The notes beneath the pieces were generated by a model, which had not been told where the DNA came from, did not search any database, and was given only the letters and a program-made list of their open reading frames with translations. A stretch of 63,766 nucleotides of DNA, the filler included, from Craspedostauros australis (taxonomy: Eukaryota): assembly GCA_030167865.1 (NCBI GenBank). It is 7 parts of 7 records of this genome, joined end to end, with 100 filler letters (N's around TTAATTAATTAA, not from the genome) between each part and the next. Parts side by side here need not be neighbours in the genome. Positions count along the whole stretch, not along the records: positions 62,723 to 63,766 come from JALAGF010002483.1; 6 more parts are not named here. One strand, written 5' to 3'. The position numbers and the translations under genes were made by a program. Position 1 is the stretch's first letter. Every line of letters starts with the position of its first letter. This document shows positions 62,725 through 63,766 of this stretch, piece by piece.

Positions 62725-63624
62725 TGCGGCGGCCACAAGTACTACGCACTGGGGTACAAGTACTGCAAGGCTAAGGTACTCTGCTTCGTCTTTTCCGCAG
62801 GAGCTGGGCATGCAGGCTGCGGGGCACCGTATTTGTCGAAGTGGATCTCGGACGATGGGTGCCCCATGACAAAGAAAGTGGATCGGCCGAGTGTCGCTTC
62901 GAAGTACTTTGAAAGCTGCAACAAGGTCGACGTCCACAACCAGGCTCGACAGGACATCCTCGGTCTGGAGAGAACTTGGCCCACACGCGATGGATACTTC
63001 AGGCTTGTCACAACTCTCTTTGGGATAACCGTTGTGGATGCATGGAGGGCATACCGATGCCACTTGGCGGGCAAGCACCGACACAAGAATGTGCCTCTCA
63101 TGGATTTCGTGAACATGATGGTCAGAGACATGCTCCACAACAACGAAGCCCCTGATCCACCAAGCTCATTTGCCAGGATGAGAAGCGACCAGCCATCGGA
63201 AGTGCATTGTGGTGACAATGGTGGCTCCTTGTCTTCATTGACAACCGACAGTCCAGCCCATGCGACAACACAGGTGGCCCGTGCGACGACACAGGTGGCC
63301 GAGTGGCCCCAAGCAGACTTGATCAATGGCCACCACTTGGTAAAGCACCCAGGTAGAGTCCGGAACGGGAAGATTGACCATATGAAGCAGGGGATCGCCA
63401 GGTTCATGACGAGAGGGAAACGAGGCAGATGTTGTGTGTGCACGAACTCGTCAAGGTACCATTGCCTGAACTGTCGAACAGGGTCTCCAGGCCAAACTGT
63501 TTGGTGCTGCGAAATGAAGGAGTACGACGGAATATTTCGACGATGTTTCGAAATCCATGCAGAGAAACATGCAGGATCAAGGTCGCGTAGTTCCACACAC
63601 CCAGACACCATGACAGATAGTTAA
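62725..63624 (+). mobile_element. piggyBac-like transposase, C-terminal part
   Basis: RPSVASKYFESCNKVDVHNQARQ...LERTW...FRLVTTLFGITVVDAWRAY (region of the third catalytic Asp) and a C-terminal Cys-rich domain RCCVC...HCLNC...CC...CFEIH. The frame is open from the gap. Confidence 0.85.
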
Positions 63625-63766
63625 AAAAAGATGAGTGAAGAAGTATGTGTCACAACTCTTTCTATGTTCAATGGATTGTATTCAACAGCCAATGCAATGC
63701 AGGAAAGGAAGTGAAACGCCGCAGGGGGGATGATTGGCAGGAAGAAGCGATGCCACCAGTTTTCAG

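Overview
Eukaryotic nuclear DNA, most likely a diatom. The evidence is GT-AG introns of about 170-400 nt with GTACGT/GTGCGT/GTGAGT donors, bipartite signal-peptide+AF plastid presequences, and diatom-type LRR/RNI and transposon families. The window is a draft assembly of at least 7 pieces joined by artificial 100-nt spacers (N44-TTAATTAATTAA-N44), so adjacency across those spacers is not evidence of linkage. Genes: a CAP-domain protein, an F-box/JmjC (JMJD6-like) protein, a 3R-MYB factor, a WD40-like protein, tRNA-Ala(CGC), a TrmB-like methyltransferase, a tetraspan membrane protein, a Reeler-domain GPI-type protein, pescadillo, two tandem TatA/B-family genes, an mTERF protein, an ankyrin protein and LRR receptor-like fragments. 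Mobile DNA: a LINE, a piggyBac-like transposase and a possible gag fragment. Most notable: (1) three ORFs that the ORF track lists separately splice in frame into one ~1522-aa protein combining a (S/T)HAQKYF MYB DNA-binding domain, ankyrin repeats and an intact histone deacetylase; (2) a non-LTR retrotransposon with a PHD-finger ORF1 starts directly downstream of the tRNA gene with its 5' end facing it, suggesting tRNA-gene targeting; (3) a 4457-bp contig whose two ends are identical (tandem or circular unit) carries an intact RNI/LRR gene and a monooxygenase pseudogene disabled largely by C-to-T-type stops; (4) an ankyrin array has exact 102-bp periodicity and DARPin-like hypervariable positions. 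All family assignments come from motif recognition by eye, not from database searches.
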